Shown here one piece after another: positions 58,960 to 64,000 of a DNA stretch of 64,000 bases (position 1 is the stretch's first letter; every line of letters begins with the position of its first letter). The notes under the pieces are model-generated. The model saw only the letters and a list, made by a program, of their open reading frames with translations, ran no database searches and was not told the DNA's origin. The stretch lies in NCBI GenBank assembly GCA_945862315.1, contig CAMAXW010000007.1, forward strand, positions 3,773 to 67,772, in the 5' to 3' direction. The DNA is from Klebsiella pneumoniae. GTDB lineage: Bacteria; Pseudomonadota; Gammaproteobacteria; Ga0077536. The position numbers were made by a program, and so were the translations under genes.

Positions 58960-59421
58960 CCCCGGCATGCGCAAGCTGACGTCACGCCAGTGGCGGCCGT
59001 TGATCCCGCCATGCCTCACGAGCTCGAACCCAGGAACGAGGCGGTCGATGGGTTCAAGCTATGACCGATTTTCCGAGACCACAAGCAGTACGAACTGGCG
59101 ATGAAGGCCGATTCGCTCGATGCGCTGCGAGCCAGATTCCCCGCGAGCTGCACTCAGACTGGGAGCCTACGCACGATTGACGTCACTCATCTACCCACGC
59201 TTGAGGCCGGCGTGTTCTTCCATGAATAGATGCTCGAGTGGGTTCTCGACAAGACAGAAAACGCAACGCACGGGCCACCGCCTCAACGGTAGGGCATGCG
59301 ATCCACCAACCTGACCGTGCTCGGCCCCAACGGGGCTCAATGTGATACCCCAAGGCAACGCCCTGGGTTCAGTGGTCACCAATATCCCCAGCCCTGAAGG
59401 GGCGGAATGATGGACTGCCGA

Positions 59422-61008
59422 TCATTCCCACTCGATCGTTGCCGGCGGCTTGCCAGAAATGTCGTACACCACCCGCGATACGCCGGGCACTTCGTTGATG
59501 ATTCTCGTGGAGACGAGATCGAGAAATGCGTAAGGCAGATGCGCCCAGTGGGCCGTCATGAAGTCGATGGTTTCTACCGCACGCAATGCGATGACGTGGT
59601 CGTAGCGACGGCCATCGCCCTGCACGCCCACCGATTTCACGGGCAAGAAAACCGCAAAGGCTTGGCTCACGCGGTCGTAGAGGTCGTGGCGTCGGAGTTC
59701 TTCGATGAAAATGGCGTCGGCCAAGCGCAGACAGTCTGCAAACGGCTTATGGATTTCACCCAGTATGCGCACCCCTAACCCGGGTCCGGGGAATGGATGC
59801 CGAAACACCACCGCGGGCGGCAAGCCGAGCTCTAGGCCCAGTCTTCGCACCTCGTCCTTGAAGAGCTCACGCAAGGGCTCTACCAGTTTTAGATTCATGT
59901 CGGCCGGCAGTCCCCCCACGTTGTGGTGCGACTTAATAACGTGCGCTTTGCCGCTGCTAGCACCCGCCGATTCAATGACATCTGGGTAGATAGTGCCCTG
60001 CGCCAGCCACTTTACGCCCGACAGTTTGCGCGCCTCGGCCTCAAAGACCTCGATGAACACTCGCCCGATAATTTTGCGCTTGGCTTCGGGATCGGATTCA
60101 CCTTTGAGGGCATCGAGAAAGCGCGCCTCAGCGTCGACGCGCAAAACCTTAACCCCTAAGTGAGCCGCAAACATGGCCATGACTTCGGCAGACTCGTTCG
60201 CGCGCAGCAGGCCGTTATCCACGAAAATGCACGTGAGTTGCGCACCGATAACTCGCTGGAGAAGGGCTGCGACGACGGAGGAGTCCACCCCGCCCGACAG
60301 GCCCAGCAAGACCGCGTCGGTGCCAATTTGAGCGTGCAAGCGCGCGCTAGCGTCAGCGACGATATTGGCGCTATTCCAGAGCGGGCGACAGCCACAAATG
60401 GTGTGCACAAAGCGCCCTAAAATGGCCTCGCCTTGGCGCGTGTGAGTGACTTCCGGATGGAATTGCAGCCCGTAAAAATGGCGGGTTTCATCGGCCATCC
60501 CGGATATCGACGAGGTCTCGGTAGAGGCGATGCACTTGAAGCCTGGCGGCAACGCAGTGACATGGTCGCCGTGGCTCATCCAAACGTCTAAGAGGCCGTG
60601 GCCAGCATCGTTGGTGTGGTCGGCAATCTCGCTTAATAAGGCCGAGTGACCGCGCGCGCGCACTTGGGCATAACCAAACTCGCGCTTAGCTGAGGCTTGC
60701 ACCGCGCCGCCCAATTGCTGGGCCATGGTCTGCATGCCATAGCAGATCCCCAACACCGGCACGCCGGCGCTAAACACGGCGGCGGGTGCACTGGGTCCAC
60801 CCTGTGCCGTCACCGATTCCGGTCCACCGGAAAGAATGATGCCTTTAGCACCAAATTCCTCGATGAACGCCGGCGCGACGTCCCAAGGTTTTATTTCGCA
60901 GTAGACCTGCGCCTCGCGAACTCGCCGCGCGATGAGTTGCGTGTATTGGGAACCGAAATCCAAAATGAGGATGCGATCGGCCTGAATCTGCGATGAAACA
61001 CGGCTCAT
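59422..61008 (-). CDS. guaA: GMP synthase (glutamine-hydrolysing)
   Basis: It has the GATase domain (ICYGMQ), the ATP-PPase motif SGGVDSSV and the C-terminal ...PPATIEWE*. Confidence 0.95.
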   Translation of the reverse strand: MSRVSSQIQADRILILDFGSQYTQLIARRVREAQVYCEIKPWDVAPAFIEEFGAKGIILSGGPESVTAQGGPSAPAAVFSAGVPVLGICYGMQTMAQQLGGAVQASAKREFGYAQVRARGHSALLSEIADHTNDAGHGLLDVWMSHGDHVTALPPGFKCIASTETSSISGMADETRHFYGLQFHPEVTHTRQGEAILGRFVHTICGCRPLWNSANIVADASARLHAQIGTDAVLLGLSGGVDSSVVAALLQRVIGAQLTCIFVDNGLLRANESAEVMAMFAAHLGVKVLRVDAEARFLDALKGESDPEAKRKIIGRVFIEVFEAEARKLSGVKWLAQGTIYPDVIESAGASSGKAHVIKSHHNVGGLPADMNLKLVEPLRELFKDEVRRLGLELGLPPAVVFRHPFPGPGLGVRILGEIHKPFADCLRLADAIFIEELRRHDLYDRVSQAFAVFLPVKSVGVQGDGRRYDHVIALRAVETIDFMTAHWAHLPYAFLDLVSTRIINEVPGVSRVVYDISGKPPATIEWE

Positions 61009-61014
61009 GATGGT

Positions 61015-62514
<1,500 letters not shown>

Positions 62515-62583
62515 TTATAGGCGTTGCGGCCGCCTTGCAAAACCAGCGCAGCTCAGCGCGACGTTTTGCGGTTTAATAGCGCC

Positions 62584-63933
62584 ATGAGCCGCGATGTGTA
62601 CACCGTTTCCCGCCTGAATCGCGAAGTGCGAGCTTCGATCGAAGGCAATTTTGGCGCGCAGTGGGTGGCCGGCGAAATCTCCAATCTGGCCAGACCCGCC
62701 TCGGGCCATCTGTATTTCTCCCTCAAAGACCCCTCCGCGCAGGCACGCTGCGCGATGTTTCGTCTGCGCTCGGGGCAACTGCGCTTTCGACCCACTGATG
62801 GCATGCAGGTGCTGGCCTATGCCCGAATCAGCTTTTATGAGCCGCGCGGGGAGTTTCAGCTCGTGGTGGAGCAGCTAGAACCCGCCGGAGAAGGGTTGCT
62901 CCGCCTGCGCTTTGAAGCCTTAAAGCAGAAACTGGCCGCTGAAGGATTATTCGATACCGCACGCAAGCGCCCCCTGCCCGCTTGGCCCACGGCCATCGGG
63001 GTCGTTACCTCGGCCACCGGTGCCGCGGTCCGCGATATCCTGCAGGTACTGGCGCGGCGCAATCCGTCCATCCCGGTGTTTGTTTATCCCTGCGCGGTCC
63101 AAGGCGTGGCCGCCGTCGGGGAAATCGTCGCGGCCATTGCGGCGGCGAATCGGCGAGCCGAATGCGAGGTGCTGATTGTGGCGCGTGGTGGCGGCTCGCT
63201 GGAGGACCTGTGGTCCTTCAATGAAGAAGCCGTGGTGCGGGCGATCAGCGCCTCGGCGCTGCCAACCATTTGTGGTATTGGGCATGAAATCGATTTCTCA
63301 CTGGCCGATTTTGCCGCCGACGTGCGGGCGCCAACGCCGTCCGCCGCGGCTGAAATCTGCGCGCCCGAGCGTGCCGTGGTGCACGCGCAGTTCGGTGCGC
63401 TGCAACGCCGCCTCAACACCACGCTCAGCCATACGCTGACGCTCAGTCGTCAACGCTTAAGCGGCGCGCAAAGACGTTTGATTCATCCTGGTCGGCGCAT
63501 CGAGCAACACCACCAACGCTTAGACGAGTTGTTGCGCCGTCTCCTCCCCGCGTTGCAACGCACTTGGCAACTGAAACGAATTCGTCTTGCGGCCGCGAAC
63601 GCCGGACTGACAAGCGCGAGCCCTGCACGCCGCTTGGCGCTGGCCCATGCACGAGAACAAGGCATGCGGCAGCGACTGACCAACACCCTGCCCGCGTTGC
63701 TCCAACGTCTGCAAGCTCGCCTAACCGCAGCCCAACGCACGCTACACGCGGTAAGTCCTGCAGCAACTCTCGAACGTGGCTACGCTATCGTGACGCAAGC
63801 CAACGGCCAAATCGCCCGCGACGCGGCCCAAGTGAGAGCCGGTGAGGCCGTGCGCGCGGTGTTGGCACGCGGCACCTTGGTGCTGCGAGTAGAGGGCGCC
63901 GAACCGGCCACCAGCCCGCCAGCCGAGCCCTAA
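62584..63933 (+). CDS. xseA: Exodeoxyribonuclease VII large subunit
   Basis: The N-terminal OB-fold region reads YTVSRLNREVRASIEGNFGAQWVAGEISNLARPASGHLYFSLKD. It is divergent from guaB as in E. coli. Confidence 0.9.
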   Translation: MSRDVYTVSRLNREVRASIEGNFGAQWVAGEISNLARPASGHLYFSLKDPSAQARCAMFRLRSGQLRFRPTDGMQVLAYARISFYEPRGEFQLVVEQLEPAGEGLLRLRFEALKQKLAAEGLFDTARKRPLPAWPTAIGVVTSATGAAVRDILQVLARRNPSIPVFVYPCAVQGVAAVGEIVAAIAAANRRAECEVLIVARGGGSLEDLWSFNEEAVVRAISASALPTICGIGHEIDFSLADFAADVRAPTPSAAAEICAPERAVVHAQFGALQRRLNTTLSHTLTLSRQRLSGAQRRLIHPGRRIEQHHQRLDELLRRLLPALQRTWQLKRIRLAAANAGLTSASPARRLALAHAREQGMRQRLTNTLPALLQRLQARLTAAQRTLHAVSPAATLERGYAIVTQANGQIARDAAQVRAGEAVRAVLARGTLVLRVEGAEPATSPPAEP

Positions 63934-64000
63934 CGCCGGGCCGCGCGACCTGCGCCCGACCCTGCCCACACGAAAAACAGACGCTCGCCCGCGAGCGGCC

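Noticed and set aside
59012-59040. tRNA T-arm-like string (minus strand GGGTTCGAGCTCG) as a possible tRNA or att remnant
   Set aside because: There is no complementary T-stem, acceptor stem or CCA context on either side. It is probably a chance match.

Overview
About 60% GC proteobacterial chromosome segment. The xseA<>guaB-guaA synteny, rppH and a class III PhaEC synthase suggest a gammaproteobacterium, but the taxon cannot be fixed from the sequence alone. I support about 50 protein genes and see no rRNA, tRNA, CRISPR array or intact mobile element. Content in order: SulP permease 3' part; tandem DEAD-box helicases dbpA-rhlE; an orphan modA; a spermidine-synthase-like methyltransferase; a stand-alone CYP153-type P450; a compact protocatechuate/4-hydroxybenzoate cluster (pcaIJ-pcaHG-pobA-pcaB); a LysR-alkB-rubredoxin cassette abutting an IS66 transposase relic; a FadL/TodX porin and an Fe-alcohol dehydrogenase; housekeeping genes (NlpC/P60, rppH); a TCA block (mdh, gltA <> sucA-sucB-lpdA, no sdh); a class III PHA locus (phaR, phaP, acs-phaE-phaC) interrupted by GTP-PEPCK; a LuxR-type response regulator; a ykvI-like/ridA/small-membrane-protein operon with a structured leader; a TPR-glycosyltransferase fusion; an RND efflux operon; a loose group of oxidoreductase, lyase, amidohydrolase and PPTase genes; a compositionally foreign (about 70% GC) OYE/FAD flavoenzyme next to the guaA 3' end; then guaBA and xseA. 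I found no convincing new multi-gene system such as a defence island or toxin module. The points most worth follow-up are: the mobile-looking alkane module with two hydroxylase types lacking redox partners; the triple-repeat leader upstream of the ykvI-like operon; an orphan intrinsic terminator in a 644-bp gap; the shared PhaR-operator-like motif plus a small ORF coupled to phaR; and the high-GC insertion at guaA. All functional calls rest on motifs and remembered family sequences. No database search was run.
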